NCBI GenBank assembly: GCA_903893485.1
Contig: CAITMK010000014.1
Location: 2,144-66,143 of the forward strand
Origin: Candidatus Magasanikiibacteriota bacterium
Lineage (GTDB): Bacteria > Patescibacteriota > Patescibacteriia > Magasanikbacterales > 2-02-FULL-50-9b
Direction: 5' to 3'
Length of the DNA stretch: 64,000 nt
Shown here one piece after another: positions 20,263-29,828 of this stretch (the first letter of the stretch is position 1; each line of letters opens with the position of its first letter). The position numbers were made by a program, and so were the translations under genes. The notes below the pieces were generated by a model. The model did not search any database, was not told the DNA's origin, and saw only the letters and a list, made by a program, of their open reading frames with translations.

Positions 20263-20304
20263 GACCACTTTGTTTCGCACACGCGGACAAGGTGGTCATT
20301 TTTT
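20263..20304 (+). terminator. Intrinsic terminator
   Basis: gaccactttgt...acaaggtggtc followed by a T-run. Confidence 0.7.
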
Positions 20305-20306
20305 AT

Positions 20307-20346
20307 AAAAAAAGCGCCAGCGCCCGCGAGGTGTGCGGGGCTGGCG
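20307..20346 (-). repeat. Terminator hairpin, copy 1 of a duplicated 33-bp module
   Basis: gcgccagcgcccgcgaggtgtgcggggctggcg (20314-20346) preceded by A7. Confidence 0.85.
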
Positions 20347-20376
20347 TTGCGACAAGTCGCTGGCGGCTGCCAGGGC

Positions 20377-20739
20377 TTATTCGCTGTAGAGGCACGAGAT
20401 GAAGAGCGATTTTGTAATGCCACCGCGAGCGGCTTGTACCTGACACGACTCGCCGACCTTCAGGCGATTCCAATCTTCTCGCGTAACTGAGAGATTAGCT
20501 TCACCTTCATCAATACGAAGCCTCAGCGTAAAGCGATCTTGCGAAACGCGAACCGAGTAGCGACTGCTCGGCTGAATTGCTCCGGGAGCCTGCGTTTTGC
20601 TCACCACCACGGCTTTGCACCGACCCAGATTCTTGCCGAACAAGACCTGGTCGATACAAGAAAATACCATGAAGATGAGCACGCCAGCGAACGTGATCAG
20701 GATCGCCAAGAGTATGAAATTACTAAGAAAATTCAACAT
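20377..20739 (-). CDS. Orphan single-TM protein with beta-rich C-terminal domain
   Basis: GGAG SD before ATG 20739; TTGACA(20828-20833)-17-TATGCT; N-terminal TM. Confidence 0.7.
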   Translation of the reverse strand: MLNFLSNFILLAILITFAGVLIFMVFSCIDQVLFGKNLGRCKAVVVSKTQAPGAIQPSSRYSVRVSQDRFTLRLRIDEGEANLSVTREDWNRLKVGESCQVQAARGGITKSLFISCLYSE

Positions 20740-20984
20740 TGTCCACTCCAAATCGTACAGCTTAGCCCATGATTGTGTAATAGCTGCAAATTGCACAACA
20801 AAACAGCATAGCATAAATATGCCGTTTTGTCAATGCTTTTAGTGTTACAGACTCAATAATCGCCGTGCTTTTTCATAACCATCTTCATCATTTTCCAGAT
20901 CGCGCAAAACCTCTGTCACGTTTGAAAATTGGGCTTGTAGTTTTTTTAAAAAACGCATGTCGCCTATGGATTTAGGATCTTAAT

Positions 20985-21023
20985 AAAAAAGCGCCAGCGC
21001 CCGCGAGTTGTGCGGGGCTGGCG
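20985..21023 (-). repeat. Terminator hairpin, copy 2 of the duplicated 33-bp module
   Basis: gcgccagcgcccgcgagttgtgcggggctggcg (20991-21023), one mismatch to copy 1. Confidence 0.85.
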
Positions 21024-21045
21024 AGAAACAAACGATGCGTGGCGA

Positions 21046-21630
21046 TTAGCCAGGCAGACCGCCAATGCGGAAAGTTGGCGGACTCAGATCTACAATGCGC
21101 GGCGTGGCCGGCGGCGAGCAGCCAAAGTAGTCCAGGATTTTTGCAGCCATTTCTTCAGGACGGCCATAGCCACGGGCAACTGGCAACAAAAACGTCGCAA
21201 GTTCAATCTCGAAGTCCGCGCGCGTCTCGGCGGTGCAAAGCTCATCGAGCGTGGCGTTGCCGTGCTCCCGATAAAGCGCCTCGGCGTCGATGATCGGCAC
21301 CAGACGATAAAACGGCGCCGGCGCGTCATCCGTCGAAAAGGCATCGAGTGCCTTGCGATAAAAGCCACGACGCATCTCCTGCATCCGAACGCCCATCATC
21401 GCCGAATAGTTCAGGTCTCCCTGCATCTCGGCCATGAACGTCAACTGCGCCAGCGCTTCGACGCAGCATGCATACACGTTCGGGTCCGTCGCGACTTTCA
21501 AGAAAGACATGTGCCGAAGCACTTCTTGATATTTGTCGCTCGCCTCACTGCTATACACATCCAGCTGGCTGAGACAAAGCGCAACACGCTCCTGCAGCGT
21601 AGGCTTCACATACTCTGGAATCTTCGGCAT
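21046..21630 (-). CDS. Orphan hypothetical protein (helical)
   Basis: 194-aa ORF, GGGAG SD, TTGACA-17-TACTCT promoter upstream, own terminator. Confidence 0.72.
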   Translation of the reverse strand: MPKIPEYVKPTLQERVALCLSQLDVYSSEASDKYQEVLRHMSFLKVATDPNVYACCVEALAQLTFMAEMQGDLNYSAMMGVRMQEMRRGFYRKALDAFSTDDAPAPFYRLVPIIDAEALYREHGNATLDELCTAETRADFEIELATFLLPVARGYGRPEEMAAKILDYFGCSPPATPRIVDLSPPTFRIGGLPG

Positions 21631-21798
21631 GACAATTACTCCCTACTCTTGGTTGATAGAGCAAAAAAAGAGTAACACAAAAAGTGTTAAATGTCAACCC
21701 CAGACTTTGATTTTATTTTTCAAAAAGACTGAACCCCATAAAGCGAGCTGCAACGCAAAGCGTTGCAATAGCGAGCGTGTCTTTTTCGAAAAATAAAA

Positions 21799-24660
21799 TC
21801 AAAGTTCTCTATATGGACAGATGTCTTTAAAATCACAATTCCCACACGCAAACGCGCTCGGCGTCGCCGCAAAATCACTCGTTCGAATTTCCGCAACCGT
21901 TTCGCCAACAAACTTTTCAATTTTTTCCAAATCTTTTTCTTTCGGTACAAAGCTCGCCTTTTCATTATTTTGAATATAATAATAACTGAGCAGTGTTGAC
22001 GTGGTATCGAATTGGCGCAGCGCAGCTAAATAATAAATCAGCAATTGCTCCTTATCTTCGAATTTTAAATCATCAGATGTTTTTGGCGAACCTGTTTTAT
22101 AATCAATAATTTCAACCGTGCCACTTGGCAAAATATCCATGCGATCAATTGAACCGGTCAGCACTTCCCCGCCAACAGAAATTTTAAATCGCTGTTCAAT
22201 AAAAGATGGTTTGGTCCAATGTGCGCTGTTGGTGCGATAATAATCGCGCAGCATGGTTTCAGCTTCGGCGCGTTTTTTTTCTTCAAATATTCGCGACGGA
22301 TATCCCTCAGAAATCCAATGCGCGCCCAAGAGTTCAATCAGTTTTTCCATGGCCGGTGTTTCAATTTCTTCACGAAGTAATTCATACCACGCTTGCAGCG
22401 TACTATGAATCGTGCGCCCAAAATTCATGGTCCATTTGCTGCGCGTTGGCAATTTGAGTACATGACTAAACCAATACTGATACGGACAAGTTTCAAAAGA
22501 TTTGAGCGCGGTAAAACTGTAGGCTTCTTTTTTTTCTGCAGGAATTTGTAGCGGCAAAACGGGTGATTTTTTTTCCGCAACAACATCATCCGTTTCAAGC
22601 GTTGGGGTTATTGCAATTTTTGCTTCCGCAATAAATCGCGATGGTTTACGCACGCGCGAATTTTCCGCAGTTGAATATTTTTCCGCGCACGAAATAAATA
22701 ATTTATTTTTTGCGCGTGTAAATGCAACATACGCCAACCGACGTTCTTCTTGCGTATGATGATCATCGCTCACCGCTTGCTCACGTACCAGCGCATCAGG
22801 CAATTCAATTCCATTCGCGCGTTCGCTTCCCGGAAACCGTCCTTCAATAAAACTAACTACAAAAACATTTTCAAATTCTAATCCTTTCGATGAATGTGTC
22901 GTGAGCAGCTGCACTGCCTCAAGCGCGCCTGCATCCAATGTTTGCTGGCCTTCTTCTCCAAGCTCAAGCAACCGATCGCAGTCAGCCAAAAAATCTTGCG
23001 GTGTTGCATTCGAGTGCGCCGCTTCCCACTCCGCAACAAATTCCAAAAATTGATTTACCAGTTGCATGTCCGCACCGCCCGTTTCAGATCCTGCGGTAAT
23101 TTCTTGTAACAATGCACGAAAATATCCTGACTTTTCGAGCAACTCATACAAAATAGAACTTGCTTTATTCGTGCGTAAAAATTCTACATCGATTTTTATT
23201 TTTTCGCCAAGCGCAAGCAGTGCCGTTTTTCCTTCTTCACTGAGCGACGGCGCAAATTCAGATAACAACGCCTGCGACAATTGCAAATTATTTTTCTTCG
23301 CATGCGCAATACTTTCCAAAACATCAGTCGATGGCACCACGGACACGCGCGAAATTGCAAGCTGATACCACGCGTTGCCATTATGGCGTTCAAGCGCCAC
23401 ACGCAGCAGCGCAAGCATATCAATCGCCGCGCGCGTTCGAAGCAATCCATCGGTTTGTGCAATCACATATGGCACCTGCAAACGTCGAAGTTCACCCGCT
23501 GTTTCTTCCAAATGCGACGACGCACGCGCCAAAACCGCAATTTGTTTTGGATCGCAACCCGCCGCAATTAACTGCGCAATCTCTGCCGCAATCCATTTTG
23601 CTTCTTTTATTGCCGATGGAAATTGATGTGCCTCTACCATGCCACCCGCGCCGCGCGCCGCACGTAATTTTTTCTCACCATTTTTTTCCAAACGATCTGG
23701 ATTATTATTTTGAATCAGCGCATACGCCGCATCCAAAATTTCTTGCTCAGATCGATAATTTTCTGTTAAAAAAACTTCTGCATGATTTGGAAATCGATTG
23801 CGAAACTGCAAAATATTATCAACACTCGCGCCGCGAAATTTATAAATCGCTTGATCGTCATCACCCACCACCGTAATATTTTGTGCGCTGCCCGCGAGTG
23901 CACAAACTAAATCATATTGCGCCATATTCGTATCCTGAAATTCATCAACCACAATATATTTATATCGCGACTGCAATCGCGCCAGCACGCTTGGCCGCTC
24001 AGTTAAAACGCGGTTTGCATACAATAATAAATCACCAAAATCCATGACCCCGCGCTGCAATAAAATTGTTTGATAGGTTTCATATGCCGCGGCTAATTCG
24101 GCCCAGCGTGCCGCATCATCGGCAGCAACTACATCGTCCGTCACCGCGCCGCTCGCAAAATCATCAGCAAATTTTTTGTACTGCTCTACCGAAATATTTT
24201 CATCTTTCGCGCGCAAAAAATGTTTAATTAAACTTCGCAAAAATTTTGTTGGATTTCCATGCGGCTTAAAATATTTTAAATCAAACCGATCAAATTCGTG
24301 ATGCAGCAGTAACCAAAGTTCTACTTCGCTCAGCAGCGGCGCACCTGGCGTCACTCCAATTTCCAATCCATAACGCGACAAAAGTTGCTGACAAAATCCA
24401 TGAAACGTCGCGGTATTCACCGCAATCGCGTTGTGCCCAATTAATTTTTCCAAACGTTCGCTCATTTCCGCCGCGGCCTTTTCGGTAAACGTAAGCGCCA
24501 CAATTTCGCCTGGTTTCGCAAGCCCCTGCTCCACCAGCCACGCAATACGATGCGTAATTACATTTGTCTTGCCCGTGCCTGCGCCCGCAATAATCATGAG
24601 CGGTCCTTGGCCATGTGTGATTGCTTTTTTTTGCGCTTCATTAAGGTGAGACAAATCCAT
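21799..24660 (-). CDS. UvrD/PcrA-type helicase with C-terminal PD-(D/E)XK nuclease and Fe-S staple (AdnB/AddB-like)
   Basis: AGAGTGKT, DEFQD, GDDDQAIYKFRGA, SKGLEF, EERRLAYVAFTRAK; CPYQY...GSIDRMD..IIDYKTG...CGNCDFKDIC. Confidence 0.92.
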   Translation of the reverse strand: MDLSHLNEAQKKAITHGQGPLMIIAGAGTGKTNVITHRIAWLVEQGLAKPGEIVALTFTEKAAAEMSERLEKLIGHNAIAVNTATFHGFCQQLLSRYGLEIGVTPGAPLLSEVELWLLLHHEFDRFDLKYFKPHGNPTKFLRSLIKHFLRAKDENISVEQYKKFADDFASGAVTDDVVAADDAARWAELAAAYETYQTILLQRGVMDFGDLLLYANRVLTERPSVLARLQSRYKYIVVDEFQDTNMAQYDLVCALAGSAQNITVVGDDDQAIYKFRGASVDNILQFRNRFPNHAEVFLTENYRSEQEILDAAYALIQNNNPDRLEKNGEKKLRAARGAGGMVEAHQFPSAIKEAKWIAAEIAQLIAAGCDPKQIAVLARASSHLEETAGELRRLQVPYVIAQTDGLLRTRAAIDMLALLRVALERHNGNAWYQLAISRVSVVPSTDVLESIAHAKKNNLQLSQALLSEFAPSLSEEGKTALLALGEKIKIDVEFLRTNKASSILYELLEKSGYFRALLQEITAGSETGGADMQLVNQFLEFVAEWEAAHSNATPQDFLADCDRLLELGEEGQQTLDAGALEAVQLLTTHSSKGLEFENVFVVSFIEGRFPGSERANGIELPDALVREQAVSDDHHTQEERRLAYVAFTRAKNKLFISCAEKYSTAENSRVRKPSRFIAEAKIAITPTLETDDVVAEKKSPVLPLQIPAEKKEAYSFTALKSFETCPYQYWFSHVLKLPTRSKWTMNFGRTIHSTLQAWYELLREEIETPAMEKLIELLGAHWISEGYPSRIFEEKKRAEAETMLRDYYRTNSAHWTKPSFIEQRFKISVGGEVLTGSIDRMDILPSGTVEIIDYKTGSPKTSDDLKFEDKEQLLIYYLAALRQFDTTSTLLSYYYIQNNEKASFVPKEKDLEKIEKFVGETVAEIRTSDFAATPSAFACGNCDFKDICPYREL

Positions 24661-24687
24661 AGGTATGAATTGTATCACATGCAGCAT

Positions 24688-25318
24688 AAAAAAAAGTAGG
24701 GCTCGGCAGCGGCATACGATGCGAAACGAGTTCGCAGGTACACCGCTACCGAGCCGGGAAACTATTCACCGAACAACTTTCGCAGTCGGACACCCAGTTC
24801 GGGCACTAACAGATTTTCTCACGACTAGCAATCGCGATACTCATCTGAATTTCTACAGCCGCGGGCGCATCTTACGATCGCCCATTTTTCCCGCTCCCCA
24901 TTTCAGAGAAACGAGCCTTTAACCTAACTGTCGCTTGAAACAGCAGGTCTCAGTTGTCACAATGCCATCAATCGGCCGCGACTTGCGAATTCACCACCTT
25001 ACCAAATTCCATCGCCATGGAGTTTTGATATCGGACAAAATCAGTCCGACGTGCTGCACATGATAGCGCAGCCGAAGCATCTTTCAGAAGAACCCCAATG
25101 AACACTATCGCCGTTGGGCCAGCTCTGGACCCTTTGCGACGCCGGCTGTCTTTCAACAACCGACTTGCATACTCACCCTTAGAGGTCGCCACCACATCCT
25201 GGTAAAGCCATCCTTACGGTGGCTAACCGACCAAGCGAGATTCTCTACAGGGGAAGAACTCCAGCAATCCACTATGCCAATGGACGCTTTTACTGCCCTA
25301 TACGAGCGACAGCCGAGC
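24688..25318 (-). ncRNA. Candidate large structured non-coding RNA (~630 nt), family unknown
   Basis: TGGTATAAT extended -10 at 25323-25331; many G-U-rich helices with GNRA loops on the minus strand; 18-bp terminal hairpin plus T8; no convincing ORF. Confidence 0.68.
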
Positions 25319-25339
25319 AATTATTATACCAAAAAAATA

Positions 25340-25440
25340 GCAAAAATGGTTAGAGCCATTAATCGATCCGCGCTTTGCGAGATCAACACCCCCTTCGTCT
25401 GGGATTAGGTCGCCATGCCTAGAGGGCCGTTGACAACTTA
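25340..25440 (-). ncRNA. Candidate small structured RNA (~100 nt)
   Basis: TTGACA(25469-25474)-17-TATCCT promoter; GTCAAC..CCCTCT/AGGGGG..GTTGAT stem, GATC-stem hairpin, short AATGG/CCATT hairpin plus T-run. Confidence 0.45.
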
Positions 25441-25505
25441 GAACCAGGATAGCCTATAAAAAGCTATTTGTCAAGACCCGCTTGGCAAAAAAGCTAAAAT
25501 AAAAT

Positions 25506-25547
25506 AAAAAAGACCCGCGACGTGAGTTCTCACAATCGCGGGGGCTC
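25506..25547 (-). terminator. Bulged terminator of orphan gene
   Basis: cccgcga..gtgag-tt-ctcac..tcgcggg with an A-run on the plus strand. Confidence 0.7.
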
Positions 25548-25572
25548 ATTGAGCCTGGTTTGCTGGACGCGG

Positions 25573-26091
25573 CTACACCTCGGATGCGCCCGCAGAATTC
25601 GTAGCGAAGATAACGCGTGCGAACACAGAGGCTGGAAGCACTTTCGCTTTCAAGCGCTGCCACGTGGTCGGTTTGCCGTACTGATACAGCTTGAGCGACG
25701 GAAAATCCCGGAGATTCCACAGCGCCGCGCGTGCCGCACCTACATGCGTGACGTCCGTCCAGACCTTGATGACGGTATCCCGTGAGATTTCGCTCGCAAG
25801 CAGGTATTGATGGAACACCACCGTGCTCTGCTGCACCGAATCGCCACCGTAAAGCGTGACGAACGTGGGAGTTTGCTGATTTCCGTGAGGATCTCGCAGT
25901 GCCCACTCCTGCCTCAAATAGTCCAAAATGGCCGTGTGATTGCCTTCGCCACAGAGCGCAACAACCGTTCGGGCGTTGTGCTGCTTGGCAAGAGCGATCG
26001 CGTCGTCTAAGTAATGCTGATGATCAAATGTCTCCGGATTCACGTCGCGACACAAAATCGCAAGGCAGACTGGATGTTTGTTGAATTGCAT
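25573..26091 (-). CDS. Orphan hypothetical protein (possibly degenerate DUF218/ElyC-like fold)
   Basis: AGGAGG SD, TTGACA(26143-26148)-17-TATTTT; VWTDVTHVGAARA resembles the vTd..H..RA motif. Confidence 0.68.
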   Translation of the reverse strand: MQFNKHPVCLAILCRDVNPETFDHQHYLDDAIALAKQHNARTVVALCGEGNHTAILDYLRQEWALRDPHGNQQTPTFVTLYGGDSVQQSTVVFHQYLLASEISRDTVIKVWTDVTHVGAARAALWNLRDFPSLKLYQYGKPTTWQRLKAKVLPASVFARVIFATNSAGASEV

Positions 26092-26166
26092 GGGTTCCTC
26101 CTGTTGGTCCTGCCTTTACAAAATACCAGCTAAGTCGGTTTCTGTCAAGGATTCGGCCCCAAATAC

Positions 26167-26215
26167 AAAAAACGCCCGCAAACCTGGCAAATCCATGGTC
26201 GCGGGCGCTATTTTT
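26167..26215 (-). terminator. Terminator after atpC
   Basis: cgcccgc...gcgggcg with flanking A/T runs. Confidence 0.7.
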
Positions 26216-26220
26216 ATTAC

Positions 26221-26637
26221 TTAGCGATGTTGCTTGTGTTTAATAGCTACTTTTACGCGAGCCATTTCTTTTTCAATAGCACCCATGACTGCAGCAAACT
26301 CGGTTTCACTGGAGATTTTACCGGCCATTGCTTCCTGAGCGCGGGCACGTGCCGTTTCGGCGCGCTGCGCATCAATTTCATATGCTGGCTCTGCAGTGTT
26401 TGCCAAAACAACCACTTGATTGCCCTCACGCACCTCGAGCACACCCTGCGAAACTGCAAACAAATGGGTTTCACCGTCTTCGCCTTTTACCGTCACTTCA
26501 CCAGCGCGCAAAACCGAAACCAAAGGCACGTGATTATTCAAAATCTGAATGTACCCGGTTTCTGTTGGAACCGTCACGGACTGCGCTGCGCCGGTCCAAA
26601 CTTTTTTGTCTGGCGAGATGAGTGAAACTTGTAACAT
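26221..26637 (-). CDS. atpC: ATP synthase epsilon
   Basis: VSLISPDK...PTETGYIQILNNHVPLVS...EIDAQRAE. Confidence 0.95.
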   Translation of the reverse strand: MLQVSLISPDKKVWTGAAQSVTVPTETGYIQILNNHVPLVSVLRAGEVTVKGEDGETHLFAVSQGVLEVREGNQVVVLANTAEPAYEIDAQRAETARARAQEAMAGKISSETEFAAVMGAIEKEMARVKVAIKHKQHR

Positions 26638-26638
26638 A

Positions 26639-28036
<1,398 letters not shown>

Positions 28037-28049
28037 TTATCTCATGATA

Positions 28050-28078
28050 TTGACAAAAGTTCAATTTCGTGGTATGGT
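28050..28078 (+). promoter_or_regulatory. sigma70 promoter TTGACA-17-TATGGT for the Gly-rich gene
   Basis: Hexamers with TG extension. Confidence 0.65.
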
Positions 28079-28154
28079 TGATGGGAGTCGAACGTCATTT
28101 TTCGCTTAAACACTTCGTTTTTAGCTGAAACTGGCCCGATCCCTGGAGGGTGTC

Positions 28155-28796
28155 ATGTTGCGTCGAATCGCTTCGTTTCTGGTTCTCTTTGTGCTCTGCT
28201 TCACAACGACGCCGGCATTTGCTTGGGGTCGCGGTGGTGGTGGAGGTGGTGGTCATGGCGGCGGCGGTTACCGCGGAGGTGGTGGCGGCTGGACCGGTGG
28301 CTATCGCGGCGGTGGCGGAGGTGGTTACTACAACGGCGGTTACCGCAGCGGTGGCAGCTGGGGTGGCTACAGCACCTGGGGCACTAGCCCTCGGTACGTA
28401 AACGCTTGGAACTACCCGAACCGGATCGTCTATCCCGCGCCCGTGCCGATGTGCACGTACCGCGACAGCTGGGGACGAATCTATCAGGCGATCTGCGTGG
28501 CACGTCCGGCCGTGGTGTATGCGCCGCCCGTGCAGCAATACGTGCAGCCCGCGCCGATCCCGCAGCAATACCTGGCGGATCAGCCGCCGGTATACGGACA
28601 GCCGCAGCAGCAAGTAGCTGCCCCGGCTCCGCCCGCAGCTGTTCAAGGCACGCACACCTTCGGCTGCTACCAGGCGCGCGACAACAACTTCTGGTACTGC
28701 GACGCAGACCAGCAGAAGTTCGCCAGCTGCACGCCGGCGGATACCACAGGCAACTTCGTTTGCCAGCAGCAAGTGATCGAATACGTCCGGCCATAA
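28155..28796 (+). CDS. Secreted Gly/Tyr/Arg-rich, Pro/Gln-rich protein with Cys-rich C-terminus
   Basis: GGAGG SD; signal peptide ending AFA; GGGYRGGG repeats; four Cys in the last ~45 aa; terminator at 28822-28866. Confidence 0.78.
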   Translation: MLRRIASFLVLFVLCFTTTPAFAWGRGGGGGGGHGGGGYRGGGGGWTGGYRGGGGGGYYNGGYRSGGSWGGYSTWGTSPRYVNAWNYPNRIVYPAPVPMCTYRDSWGRIYQAICVARPAVVYAPPVQQYVQPAPIPQQYLADQPPVYGQPQQQVAAPAPPAAVQGTHTFGCYQARDNNFWYCDADQQKFASCTPADTTGNFVCQQQVIEYVRP

Positions 28797-28879
28797 TGCC
28801 GCGCCGTTCGATCGCCAACCCAGGCTCCGACCACACAAGCGTGTGGCTCCGGAGTCCTTTTTTATTTATAAGAACTTTA

Positions 28880-29827
28880 TTATTCGAGCGCTGCTTTACC
28901 CGCACTAATTTCCGAAATTTCTTTCGTGATGCTGGCTTGGCGCGCTTGATTAAACACAAGGGTCAATGAATCGATCATGTCAGTTGCAGCATCAGAGGCA
29001 CTACGCATCGCCATCATGCGCGCGCTGTGCTCTGAGGCAGCAGATTCCAAGACCGTTTCAAACACTTGTGACTCAATCAACCGCGTCACGGCAGTAGTAA
29101 TAATTTTTTCTGCAGATGGTTCCAAAAGCAAAAACTTTTCTTCAAAGTTTTTGTGATCAGCTGGCATGCTTGCGTCCGCGCCCAATGTTTTTTCCAAATC
29201 AACTTCGGAAACTGGCAACACCTGACGAATTTTTGCGGTTTGCAAAAGTGGTGAAACAAAATGCGTGTACACGATTGCAACTTTATCGTATTCCTGTTTT
29301 GCAAAACTTTGCACCACCATATTTACCAAAGGCTGCGCCTCGGCAAATTTTGGCGTATCAGAAATATCAATGAAACTTGCAACGATTTTGCCACCTTGTT
29401 TACGCACCGAACTTTCCGCGCGCTTGCCAACGGTGATGTATTCAATTTCAACATCGGTTACCGATGATTCAACTGTTTTGTCGCCAACGCGGCTACGTAG
29501 AAGTTGCGGCAAATTTTTAAGCTGTTGTGCTAATTTTTTGCCAACGTTTGCATTAAAGCCGCCAGCTAAACCACGGTTAGAAGAAATCACGACAAGTAAA
29601 AGCTTTTTAACCGGGCGCTGCGCAAAAAGTGGATGATCCACCGGTGCCTGGGCGCGCAAACGAAGCAATAATTCCCACGCGTAACCTGCATAGGAACGAG
29701 ACTGAACCGCAGACGCAGTTGCACGACGCATCTTAGCCGCGGAAACAAGTTCCATGGCCTTGGTGATTTTTTTGGTGTTCTTCACCGACTTGATGCGATT
29801 GCGAATGACGCGTCCGGATACTGCCAT
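28880..29827 (-). CDS. atpG: ATP synthase gamma
   Basis: KITKAMELVSAAK, RGLAGGFN, SEHSARMMAM, RQASITKEISEI. Confidence 0.98.
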   Translation of the reverse strand: MAVSGRVIRNRIKSVKNTKKITKAMELVSAAKMRRATASAVQSRSYAGYAWELLLRLRAQAPVDHPLFAQRPVKKLLLVVISSNRGLAGGFNANVGKKLAQQLKNLPQLLRSRVGDKTVESSVTDVEIEYITVGKRAESSVRKQGGKIVASFIDISDTPKFAEAQPLVNMVVQSFAKQEYDKVAIVYTHFVSPLLQTAKIRQVLPVSEVDLEKTLGADASMPADHKNFEEKFLLLEPSAEKIITTAVTRLIESQVFETVLESAASEHSARMMAMRSASDAATDMIDSLTLVFNQARQASITKEISEISAGKAALE

Positions 29828-29828
29828 A

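Noticed and set aside
20307-21023. CRISPR array or integron attC array
   Set aside because: Only two copies ~680 bp apart, no RYYYAAC/GTTRRRY ends, and no cas or intI gene in the window.
21010-21675. Long antisense ORFs over orphan or low-complexity genes (also 14091-14693, 28095-28838, 36598-37329, 63255-63797)
   Set aside because: These are shadow frames of the real genes. Promoter, SD and terminator polarity all support the opposite strand.
24968-25195. 75-aa minus-strand ORF (and 85-aa plus-strand ORF at 24665-24922) inside the RNA candidate
   Set aside because: No recognisable domain or convincing initiation signal, and both run through strong RNA helices; likely incidental.
24688-25318. 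Identification of the large RNA as RNase P, tmRNA, SRP or a group I/II intron
   Set aside because: I found no GAGGAAAGUCC P4 strand, no tRNA-like GGGG...CCA ends or T-loop, no SRP GGAA/AGCAG motif, no GUGYG start or AGC-triad domain V, and no interrupted host gene. This was judged by eye only; cmscan is needed.
28225-28380. GGT/GGC-rich tract as a DNA-level tandem repeat
   Set aside because: It is fully explained by Gly-rich coding with mixed synonymous codons.
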